A DNA stretch of 46,609 bases from Octopus bimaculoides (lineage: Eukaryota): contig NC_069000.1 of the NCBI RefSeq assembly GCF_001194135.2, positions 47,435,488-47,482,096 on the forward strand. The letters are read 5' to 3'. The notes beneath the pieces were generated by a model, which had not been told where the DNA came from, searched no databases, and worked only from the letters and a program-made list of their open reading frames with translations. The translations under genes were made by a program, and so were the position numbers. The stretch's first letter is position 1; every line of letters begins with the position of its first letter. Shown here in pieces: positions 36,504 through 46,609 of this stretch.

Positions 36504-39500
36504 TATGGCTGCTGCTTTCAGAGCAAAGATGTACAAAAGAGGACTGGATCATATTGATTTCATGTCAACAGGGTCTGACTTGATCAATACAAGACAAACA
36601 GAAATGGCTGAAATGGCTTAATTCGGTTTAAGATTTGGTACGGCCAAGCCACAGTTCTTCCTTACTTTTTTTTTTCTCCTCAAAGACAGCATTTTTGGAG
36701 CAGGAGACAGGCTGATGAATGGTCTGGAGCCAAACTTCATAATTGGAAGCTTTAGCAGAGCACTGGCAATCGTTATATACACACACACACACACACATAC
36801 CTACACGTATATATGAGGTGAGGGAAAACAGTAAAAGGAATCAGTTGTTATGAAGAAGGGGGAGGAGACTTTGTTGCTGTGGAGATGTGATGCTGTCAAT
36901 GGATGATGACCATTGGATAAAGAAACAGCAAGAGATGCAAGTGGGAGGAAGGCTTGGGCAGAAGTGGTGAGGGATGGTGTCAGGAGGACAGAGCACATCA
37001 TAAAGATGAGAGAGGGAGAGCAATTTGTGGTGAGATGGGGTGTGGGAGAACACCTGTCCAACCCATATGAACAGACAGAAACAGTTTTATATAAAAATTA
37101 TGATCACACACACACACACACACACNNNNNNNNNNNNNNNNNNNNNNNNNNNNNNNNNNNNNNNNNNNNNNNNNNNNNNNNNNNNNNNNNNNNNNNNNNN
37201 NNNNNNNNNNNNNCACACACACACACACACACTCATTTACTGGTTTCAATCTTTGGGTTGTGGCTATGCTGGGGCACTGCCTGGAAGTGTCAATTATTTT
37301 ATCAGTGTCTTTTTGTCAAATCCCTAAGTTATAGTGATGTAAATGAACCAACACCAGCTGTCAAGAAACACACACACACACACCTATGCCAGTGCCACCT
37401 GACTGGCACCCGTGCCAGTGGGATATAAAAAGCATCAGGTGCAGCCTCCTGGCTTGCCAGTCCAGTCAAACCATCCAACCCATGCCAGCATAGAAAGCAG
37501 ATGCTAAATGATGATGACGATCTGTTTCTGTTTGTGGTAGAAAACCTTCCACGGCACATATGTTGTCTGGAATGGAGGAAAACAGGCAGGTTCCTTATCT
37601 TCCCCAATATTCAGTCTCAATCAACGATTTGGTCAGAGTCATCCACATCAAAGGAGAATTGTTGTTCCCAAGCTTCACAATAATAATTTCTGTTTGCTGA
37701 AGGTGTGAGAGAAGCAAACAGGAAGCTGTGACATTCATGTCCTTCCCATAAGTGATACAAATGAAGGTTGGGGGAGATAACACACTATTTGCTGTTATAA
37801 ATATTCGTTTTACTTCTTTTTTGATCCTCATCCTTCCTAAAATTCTATTATTTGTTTTCAGTATTCAAATATTTAAAATGGGTCAGAAATAAAAGACATT
37901 TCTGGTTTTTTTTCCAAAAATATATGGAGTCTTGTTTTTATTGTTGATGTTATGATTGATTTCAAGTGGGACTGGCCTTGTTTGAGGGGTTTGTGTATCT
38001 TGAGAGAGGGAGCTAATTAAGAAGGACAAAGATCAATGTGGCAGTGGTAGAAAGAAGAGAGAGAGAGAGAGGGGGGACATAGTGGAAGATGGTCACAGAT
38101 GTGGCACTGGAATGGTCTTATTTGTTACAAGTGAATCTGGCAACTATTCCAACTGTTGTCCACTCAACTAAGAAGTTGAGAGTGGTACCCAACTCATCCA
38201 GGTATTTGTCAGGGAAATTTGAGTGAACAAGATAAAAAAACTGAGAAAATAAAATCAATTTTGAATTACAAGCAAAGAATTCTTGAGATTTCTGTGTGAC
38301 TTTTTCATTTTAACACCAGAAAATATTTCAGCTTTAATTACCTGCCGAATTGACGACTTTTCACTGAGTATCTAATGACCATCTCAAACATATTAAAATA
38401 CAGATCCCATTTCGGAGACAGTGGTCCTGTTGTTGTTGTTGTTGGGTACACAAACCCCATCTACCCATAGACATCCCAGACAGCCTCCAAAAGGAAACTG
38501 TTCTACTAAGTCATAAAGATTCACTCACCAATTCTCTACAACCCCAAGTTCACAGATACACAGACTCTTTCTCACCATTTCTATAACTACTGTTGTTTTC
38601 CTAACTTAGCTGTGTAACCCAGAACGCCATCGAAGCTTATCTCATCTCTATTAAAAATAACAAAGCTTTCCTCCATCAACAATTCAGCCAGAAACACGAG
38701 AGAGAGAGAGAGAGAGAGAGAGAGCTGGAGGCAGTTTAATCCGCTTTGATGTTTCACTGGTATTTAGTCAATTGATGTGGAATATACATTAGTTCATATG
38801 TAAACGAGTTAGTTTACATAATGTATGTTAATTTGATAATTGTGAATAAATTATTGATCAAACAATAGTTTGAAAACTAAAACATTCAACATACAACAAA
38901 AATTTATTCACACACTCACATATACAGTGTACTGTTCTGTTATTGTTGGGATCAACCAAAAACGGGTGTGTGTGTGAAGAGGTAAATTTACAAGTGGATA
39001 GGAACAACACCAAAGTTATTTTGTGTTCTTTGCTACATTGGTTTCTATTAACCCATTTATTCTATCCGAAGAATTATTATTCATTAAGATAGAAGAAATA
39101 CATATAATTAAATATATATATATATATATATATATATNNNNNNNNNNNNNNNNNNNNNNNNNNNNNNNNNNNNNNNNNNNNNNNNNNNNNNNNNNNNNNN
39201 NNNNNNNNNNNNNNNNNNNNNNNNNNNNNNNNNNNNNNNNNNNNNNNNNNNNNNNNNNNNNNNNNNNNNNNNNNNNNNNNNNNNNNNNNNNNNNNNNNNN
39301 NNNNNNNNNNNNNNNNNNNNNNNNNNNNNNNNNNNNNNNNNNNNNNNNNNNNNNNNNNNNNNNNNNNNNNNNNNNNNNNNNNNNNNNNNNNNNNNNNNNN
39401 NNNNNNNNNNNNNNNNNNNNNNNNNNNNNNNNNNNNNNNNNNNNNNNNNNNNNNNNNNNNNNNNNNNNNNNNNNNNNNNNNNNNNNNNNNNNNNNNNNNN

Positions 39501-39765
39501 NNNNNNNNNNNNNNNNNNNNNNNNNNNNNNNNNNNNNNNNNNNNNNNNNNNNNNNNNNNNNNNNNNNNNNNNNNNNNNNNNNNNNNNNNNNNNNNNNNNN
39601 NNNNNNNNNNNNNNNNNNNNNNNNNNNNNNNNNNNNNNNNNNNNNNNNNNNNNNNNNNNNNNNNNNNNNNNNNNNNNNNNNNNNNNNNNNNNNNNNNNNN
39701 NNNNNNNNNNNNNNNNNNNNNNNNNNNNNNNNNNNNNNNNNNNNNNNNNNNNNNNNNNNNNNNNN

Positions 39766-39803
<38 letters not shown>

Positions 39804-40155
39804 CACTAAATATAGCTATGAAAATGTGAAGGAAAAAGAAATATTTTCAGAATAACAATATGTATGTATTTGCATATTCTGATGCAATATTTTTTTGTTT
39901 TTGTTTTACATTTTCATAGGATTTCCTTTGTGTTTGGCACTGAATCCATCATCAAAATTCCTAAATTTGTTGTTGATTCTTTGTAGTAAGACAGGGACGG
40001 TGGCATTGATGAAGGCATTAAAGCCACAATATGAATTTTTGAGTGATAGATTCATAACTGTGTGTGTGTGTGTTTAGGGTAGCATTGACTTCTGCTCTGA
40101 GAAGCTTCCAAATTTCTCTCGGCTCGTGCCTTAGAATAATAATAATAGAAAAAAA

Positions 40156-40530
40156 AGGCAGGCATGGTTGTGTGGTAAGCAGCTTGATTTCCAACCACAT
40201 GGTTCTGGGATCAGTCCTGCTATGTAGCACCTTGGGCAAATGCCTTTACTATGACCTTGGACCAACCAAAGCCTTGTGAATGGATTTGGCAGACAGAAAC
40301 TGAAAGAAGCTTCGCATATGTATGTGTGTGTGTCTTTGTGTCCATCGTTGTCCCCCCCCCCACCTCCACCAGGTGTTGGTGTGTTTATGTTCTTGTAACT
40401 TAGCAGTTCAGCAAAAGGCACCAATAGCTTTAAATAATAAGTAGTGGGGGAGGGGGTTGATTCATTTGACTAAAAATTCCTTAAGGTAGTGCCCCAGCAT
40501 GGCCACAATAATGACTGAAACAGGTAAAAG
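40156..40530 (+). mobile_element. SINE family B copy
   Basis: Forward-orientation homologue of 9961-10332. Further partial copies at about 4505-4710 (-), 16860-17030 (-), 21105-21505, 25300-25410 (+), 25800-26060 (-), 30700-30930 (-) and 37235-37380 (-). Confidence 0.8.
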
Positions 40531-41098
40531 CTAACTAATGAGGTAATGTAGTTCTAGGTACACGTAAATAAAACACAAGGGGGGTGAGGAGCAATTGAAA
40601 CATTTTTTAACCAAAAATCACCTTGTCCCGAGGATAAACATAAATGAAAAAGATACAACTGAGAACAGAACTTGCATAGCCCCATTTAATCTGCTCCAGC
40701 TTGGTCACTATTAGACATTTTAGAAAAGCTTTTAGACAGAAAGTTCAGGTTTCAAATATCAAGCTTGCTTTGAAAATGTTAACAGAATCATTTGGTTTGA
40801 AGTGTCGTTGACATTCAGGTCTTTCTCAGCACAACAACCTAAACCACTTTGATTACATCACATTTGGAGAGGGTTTTCACTTTCAACAGTTGCCGGGGGT
40901 GAGGGACATCAATTGTTAGTCAGTGGTATACACAACCGCCTATATAAGGACAGAGCTGTGTCTACGGTCTGGAATTTGTCTCAACATTACACACAGCTGT
41001 CTCCCATCTGTCATCCTGGATAGTCTGCTGAGTCAACAATGAGAGGGCCCATAAAGGGTTTTTATGTTTGCTCACCTTTCCAAAGGCACCAAATACAT

Positions 41099-41312
41099 TT
41101 AACCCTTTTCTTGCTCTATTTTTATTTTTGTTTTCAATTAATTTTGAAAATAATGAAGAATTTGTAAAATGACTTAACTCGTTATTTGTTTAGAACAAAT
41201 TACCATAAAATTTTGATGGAAGAAAGTTTAATTCAGACCCCTCCTAAAGCAGGTAGTTTGTCTCACAGAACCAGGAGGGGTGGTTTCGGGTGAGTTGATA
41301 AGAAAAGGGTAG
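41099..41312. mobile_element. piggyBac-type MITE, same family as 14150-14348 in opposite orientation
   Basis: ttaacccttttctt ... aagaaaagggt 11-bp TIR; internal agaaccagg is the reverse complement of cctggttct in the 14150 copy. Confidence 0.55.
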
Positions 41313-42461
41313 CAAGGTACACACTAACAAGCCATCCTCAGTTGCGAGTGATAGCCATGGTTGTTCCCCGATTGATATAAACTAGTTTCAATCAATCTTA
41401 CTAAGTCTGCCTCAATGGATCGACTGAGCAAACCAAAGACTTTTCAACCATGACCATCCTGTCTTAATCCTGTTTAGAAGACTACATTATCCAACACTTT
41501 CTTTTCTATGATAGTAGAGAATTAGAGGAAGTTTTAGCTGTTATTTCTAGAAGGTCAAGCACAAACATTGAAGTTCTCTTGTTAGTTATTTGTTNNNNNN
41601 NNNNNNNNNNNNNNNNNNNNNNNNNNNNNNNNNNNNNNNNNNNNNNNNNNNNNNNNNNNNNNNNNNNNNNNNNNNNNNNNNNNNNNNNNNNNNNNNNNNN
41701 NNNNNNNNNNNNNNNNNNNNNNNNNNNNNNNNNNNNNNNNNNNNNNNNNNNNNNNNNNNNNNNNNNNNNNNNNNNNNNNNNNNNNNNNNNNNNNNNNNNN
41801 NNNNNNNNNNNNNNNNNNNNNNNNNNNNNNNNNNNNNNNNNNNNNNNNNNNNNNNNNNNNNNNNNNNNNNNNNNNNNNNNNNNNNNNNNNNNNNNNNNNN
41901 NNNNNNNNNNNNNNNNNNNNNNNNNNNNNNNNNNNNNNNNNNNNNNNNNNNNNNNNNNNNNNNNNNNNNNNNNNNNNNNNNNNNNNNNNNNNNNNNNNNN
42001 NNNNNNNNNNNNNNNNNNNNNNNNNNNNNNNNNNNNNNNNNNNNNNNNNNNNNNNNNNNNNNNNNNNNNNNNNNNNNNNNNNNNNNNNNNNNNNNNNNNN
42101 NNNNNNNNNNNNNNNNNNNNNNNNNNNNNNNNNNNNNNNNNNNNNNNNNNNNNNNNNNNNNNNNNNNNNNNNNNNNNNNNNNNNNNNNNNNNNNNNNNNN
42201 NNNNNNNNNNNATTTTCCCTTCTAAATTTAAACTCTCCGAAACCCCTTATTTCAAACTTTACAAGATGTTGTAAGCCTCAGGTCAGCTCTGATAGAATTG
42301 ACTTGATTAAAGACATTCCAGCCATGAACATCTCATCTGCTTTTTAGTTATTATATCTAAGATCATACCATCCAATGCTTCCTTCTGTATTTTATGACAG
42401 TTCAGAATAAAATAGATTTCATTGCTCCTTCTAGCAAGTTGTTGACCACATACAGAACTCG

Positions 42462-42770
42462 TCATCATCGTTTAACGTCCGCTTTCCATGCTAGCATGGG
42501 TTGGACGATTTGACTGGGGACTGGTGAACCAGATGGCCACACCAGGCTCCAATCTAATCTGGCAGAGTTTGTACAGCTGGATGCCCTTCCTAACGCCAAC
42601 CACCCCGACAGTGTAGTGGGTGCTTTTACGTGTCACGGGCACGAAGGCCAGTCAGGCGGTACTGGCAACGGCCACACTCAAAATGGCGTATTTTACGTGC
42701 CACCTGCACAGGGGCCAGTCCAGCGGCACTGGCAACGATCTCGCTCGAAAGTCTTTACACGTGCCAGGAA
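42462..42770 (-). mobile_element. RTE-derived 3' end, little diverged
   Basis: catcatcgtttaacgtccgctttccatgctagcatgggttggacg...ggatgcccttcctaacgccaacc plus two ~65-bp units. Confidence 0.85.
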
Positions 42771-43276
42771 GGCGGTCAAATCCACGCTTCTATATGTAAG
42801 GTCTTCTCCCCTATTTTTGATGAGGCGTCGCATTAATTCGATGTAAAAATATCTTTAATTCATTCATTTTAAACGTCAGAAAAATCGTGACTGAACAAGC
42901 TCGACAGATTTGTCTCCCTTGGTACACGCCTGTATAGGAAGGAAGATAAATCTTTTGTTTCTAAGCTATGAATGAATTTAGGGATTTCTTTATTCTGTGA
43001 ATGAATTTAAGACAAAAAAAATCCATGCATGAACTTCAGTAGATATTGGTAGATATTTTATTGAACCTGAGATGACGAAAGGGAAAAAATTTACGTTGGC
43101 AAAGGACTTAGCCTAGTTCTAGGGCGATTATGTGACTAAACTGTGTTTCCAATACTATAATAAATATAGCAACGTCTCTATGGTGGATATTGAACTGTAA
43201 TTGGTTCATCTTTCACAGAACAGAGACTGTATTAGAATTACTAGCAGAGCAGATACCACACAGAATGTAGATATTA

Positions 43277-43326
<50 letters not shown>

Positions 43327-43640
43327 ACACACATTTTCCTATAACTGGTTGGTCCACTGTCACAGAATGAAGACACCCGTATCAGTAATTACACCAATAT
43401 CACTGGCGTGGTTAGAACAGACGAGAACAAAGGTTATATAACAGTTACAAATGGTAGTCAGAGCAGACCCCCAGAACACATGCGTGTGAGTGGGTGTCCC
43501 TTTATAACTGGCTCACCATGTCACAGAGATTGTAGTTTAATTAGTAGAACAGAAACAATAAAACTGTCACAGTGGTAATCAAAGAAGATAACGTTACAAG
43601 AATGGCAGTGAGAACAGAACCATTGCAATATGGAATGGTA

Positions 43641-43646
43641 TTTATT
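43641..43646 (-). terminator. Candidate AATAAA polyadenylation signal for FANCG
   Basis: tttatt on plus, about 250 nt downstream of the FANCG stop. Hexamer only. Confidence 0.35.
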
Positions 43647-43891
43647 AATTTCTAAACAGAAAGGTACTTTGTCAATGTTGTTCCTTGTTCAATTATTGAA
43701 GTTGAAAAGATAGTACTAGGTGGTTGGGTAATTACTTTGTCAACCAATTATTTCAACAGAAAAACCATGGTATATCATAGAAATTTGAGTGGAGCCTTAA
43801 GCAATACACTTCACTCTGCTACCCAAATCTCAGCTCATGCATTTTTAATCTCCTCAAAGGACTGGGACAAAGAATATTTCCAACCTAGCAT

Positions 43892-46168
43892 TTAAAGTGC
43901 TTTTTCTCGTGTTCTAAGGACATTCTCCAAAATAGCAATGTCCAGTTGTAAAACAACAAACAAAGATGGTTCATCTGTGCATTTTGGTGTTGATTTCAAG
44001 GACTCCTTTTGATTCTTAAAGCTTTCAAGCTGAGTTCTTTTCGATTTTAATAGTTTATGCAAAGCTGTTTTACTACCTTTCATCTCACGATATGTTGTCC
44101 ACAAGTCAGCTCCACTCTCAAACTGTTTTAAGCAAATCAGGGTCAAGACACAGTTGAAAGAAAGCAGAAGGTCTTTTGGTGAAATCTGAAGACCCAGCCG
44201 GAAGCAATGCACAGCATCTTGGTACCGGTGCCTGCTCTGAAGTAGAACTGCAGTGTTGTTGTAGACAGCTTGAACAACAGAGAGGAATGGAGCCTGGGGA
44301 TCAGTAGCATCACCTAAAAATGGAATGGCTGAGCTATCATCATCTCCTTTTTGACATTTCTCTGAAGGTTGCTGAAGAGGTAAGACTTTACTTAACAGAT
44401 GAGGATTTTCTTGAACAGTTTGTGTTGCAAGCTGCAAAGTTTGTAAAGCATCATCCAGTTGGTCAATATGGACCAGGGAATCAGCTTTGTACAGTAAAGC
44501 AAGTAATGTGGTTGCAAGATGAGATAAAGAATTGTTAGTGCCAATGTCTTGGCCAGGAGAATTACCAAAACTTGTCATAGAACAATTCCGATCTTTGGAG
44601 AACTGGGAACTTCCCGGTAAAAAATAGTCTTCTTCTTCATCAGACCTATTCAACTGAGAAAACATCATTGAACTGGCGTGAAGATAGTCTCTAGAATTGT
44701 CACCATTCACACAAGATAATAACCAATCACAAATTATAATACATTCGTCATATTTCCCTGCTTTTAACATACAAAACGCTGCTTCCAGATGAATTTCTGT
44801 GATGCTGGGTAAAGGACAGGATAGCATATACGTCTCAGAGTGCTGAAGGAAATGGTTATCTCTGAAATAACCTAAAAGATCAAGATAATGTTCAGATGCT
44901 TCGTCTAAATAGTTCTCTTGGAGACAGCGTTTGCAAATAAGATACATGATGTAAGGTAGACGTAGGGGTGCCCCGTACATGTCTAAATACCGACTTAGTT
45001 TCAATTGATTGTCTTCACCCAAATGAACGATGTTGTATTGAATGGAAGTTGTAGAATTTAAAGCAGTAATGAGATACTTCAAAGTGTCTAGCTCCGCCTG
45101 AACGTGTTTCTGTTGTTGATAGACAACGGCAATGTTGTATAAAGGAACAAGAAAAGAAAAGTCGAGTTTTAAAGCTGCTTGAAAATTTTCTACGGCACTC
45201 CAACAATTGCCTAATTTGAAATAACAACAGGCCTTCAGATTGAGGAATAATACGGACTGTGCGTCGGTGTAGTAGGTCGTGTCTTCCTCCTGGAAAAGTT
45301 GCAGGACTGCTTCAAACATATTCTTTATATAAAGGGAATGAGCCTTAATATAAATAACATATGACTTATATGGGTTCTGGGAGAGAGAAACATCAGGTCT
45401 GAAATGAGTTTCGGTAAGAGGAAGAGTAGAATCGAACGTTTTGAAAACGACAGCCAGTTCTTGTATGAGAAGGTGAGAATTTTTCAATTTTTCTTCAAAG
45501 CCAACAAGAACTGGAGTAGCAAAACATATTTTCCAATCAGATTCATTTATTGATTCCTCTATTCGAAATCTATGGCAAATATCAACAATCATTTGTTGGT
45601 CTGTGCAAACAGCAAGACAATAACACAAGAAAAAAACTGGTTGGAAACAAAACCAAGGAAAATCAGAATTTGACTTACATGGTTTCCTAGTCTTGGATTT
45701 TCTAGACACCGCTTCACCAGAACCGACTTTGTTCTTATAATGAAGAATTCTTTGTAAAGTGATTTCGAAATGAGATTTTTGAGTTTGCAGAGAAATTCCA
45801 GACACGTCGCTGGTGGCAGCCAATTGTCGTGCTGTATGGAAGAATAACAAGTTATAGAGAACAACACACTCAAGAATTAACTTCTCACATTGTTTGGCGT
45901 CGTCATAAACACAAGAATTACTGCGAATCTTCATCAAAAACTTCTCAAAACTTTCCCAAATTTCCGCTGAATTTGCTCCGTGTTCTTCATATTCGTTCCT
46001 CACCGCCCGAAACAGAAAAACATTATTGTCTCTCACCCATTCGGAGATATCAAATGTCTGGAATTGTAATACATCTAATGCTTCTATTGCTTTAATATAT
46101 TTACCAGAGAGAAATTCTTTAACAGCTGAATGAATCGCAGACGAGACGGAACGGTCAGACGAAGACAT
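43892..46168 (-). CDS. FANCG: Fanconi anemia group G protein homologue (TPR-repeat scaffold of the FA core complex), single uninterrupted ORF, 758 aa
   Basis: Only long ORF in the window, good start context (aaacaATG). Colinear motifs match human FANCG as recalled: [11 protein letters not shown] ~ [53 protein letters not shown] ~ [62 protein letters not shown] ~ [52 protein letters not shown] ~ [32 protein letters not shown]. Further TPR-like repeats near the C-terminus. Alignment by eye, no database search. Confidence 0.9.
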   Translation of the reverse strand: [758 protein letters not shown]

Positions 46169-46175
46169 TGTTTGA

Positions 46176-46183
46176 GCGGGAAA
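46176..46183 (-). promoter_or_regulatory. E2F consensus site (TTTCCCGC) just upstream of the FANCG start codon
   Basis: Plus strand gcgggaaa reads TTTCCCGC on minus, an exact match to TTTSSCGC, 8 nt before the ATG in a CpG-enriched stretch. Function is inferred. Confidence 0.5.
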
Positions 46184-46609
46184 TAGAGTTACTTCCCTTA
46201 TATCGTAATTTTAACGTGTGCGCGCGCGCGTGTGTGTATTATGTCAAGTTAAATATAAGATGAATCTAAAAAGGTTTTCACATCTACTTTATGTTTTCCG
46301 GACGAGGCTGCTCTGGTACAGTTTTCTCCAGCCATATACCTCACCTGAATACATACACATACACACATTCGTAGGCATCATCATAATCGAGTTGATAGCA
46401 GTTAAAACCGCTTTTCGTACGTTAAACGATGATGATGATGATATACATACATGCATATATATATATATATAAATGAAGAGCATATGCTCCAAATGCCATA
46501 GAGGTTTCCATTCTTCTTGAGCGCTAATACACCTACTTGTTCCTTCACTTGTCTTCATCTTTTTGTTTCTGTAAATTTGAACTATATATATATATATATA
46601 TATATATAT

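Larger units (their letters stand above)
3962..42211. other. Assembly gaps (13 N-runs)
   Basis: 3962-4446, 5800-6016, 11480-11489, 13667-13676, 22786-22962, 23576-24070, 25471-25503, 26260-26393, 30973-30982, 36086-36192, 37126-37213, 39138-39765, 41595-42211; many are flanked by microsatellites. Confidence 0.98.

Noticed and set aside
37600-37720. Minus-strand exon-like piece (NYYCEAWEQQFSFDVDDSDQIVD*)
   Set aside because: No partner exons or family assignment could be established.
94-42274. Dozens of ORFs rich in HT/CV/YI repeats, poly-X, or SINE-derived peptides (e.g. 2585-3190, 9977-10408, 26021-26551)
   Set aside because: They are translations of microsatellites, N-gaps and repeat copies, with no splice or domain support.
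44320-45873. Short ORFs overlapping FANCG (44320+, 45015-, 45589-, 45829+)
   Set aside because: Alternative-frame or antisense shadows of the real CDS with no recognisable motifs.

Overview
Eukaryotic, repeat-dense, AT-rich draft genomic DNA with 13 N-gaps. The SINE/RTE repeat families and microsatellite load look like those of Octopus (inference from recognition; no search run). Most listed six-frame ORFs are microsatellite or repeat artefacts. Two protein-coding genes are supported. (1) A 758-aa single-ORF, intronless FANCG (XRCC9) homologue on the minus strand (43892-46168), with a perfect E2F motif 8 nt upstream of its ATG. (2) A spliced plus-strand gene absent from the ORF track as a whole. 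Six GT-AG exons (24742-34160) join in frame into about 342 aa of a single-pass receptor: a degenerate SUEL-lectin-like Cys domain, a CUB-like domain, a stalk, a transmembrane helix, and a Tyr-rich tail ending in an ITIM-consensus motif (STYATV). Its 5' exon(s) were not found. One of its introns holds an 83-nt pre-miRNA-like hairpin and a telomere-like hexamer array. The rest is a mosaic of decayed transposons (maT-like Tc1/mariner, mariner, pogo/Tigger, R4/Dong-like RLE LINE, RTE LINE 3' ends with internal ~65-bp repeats, two tRNA-derived SINE families, piggyBac-type MITEs). Assembly artefacts include an Illumina adapter remnant and a 44-bp duplication across a gap.
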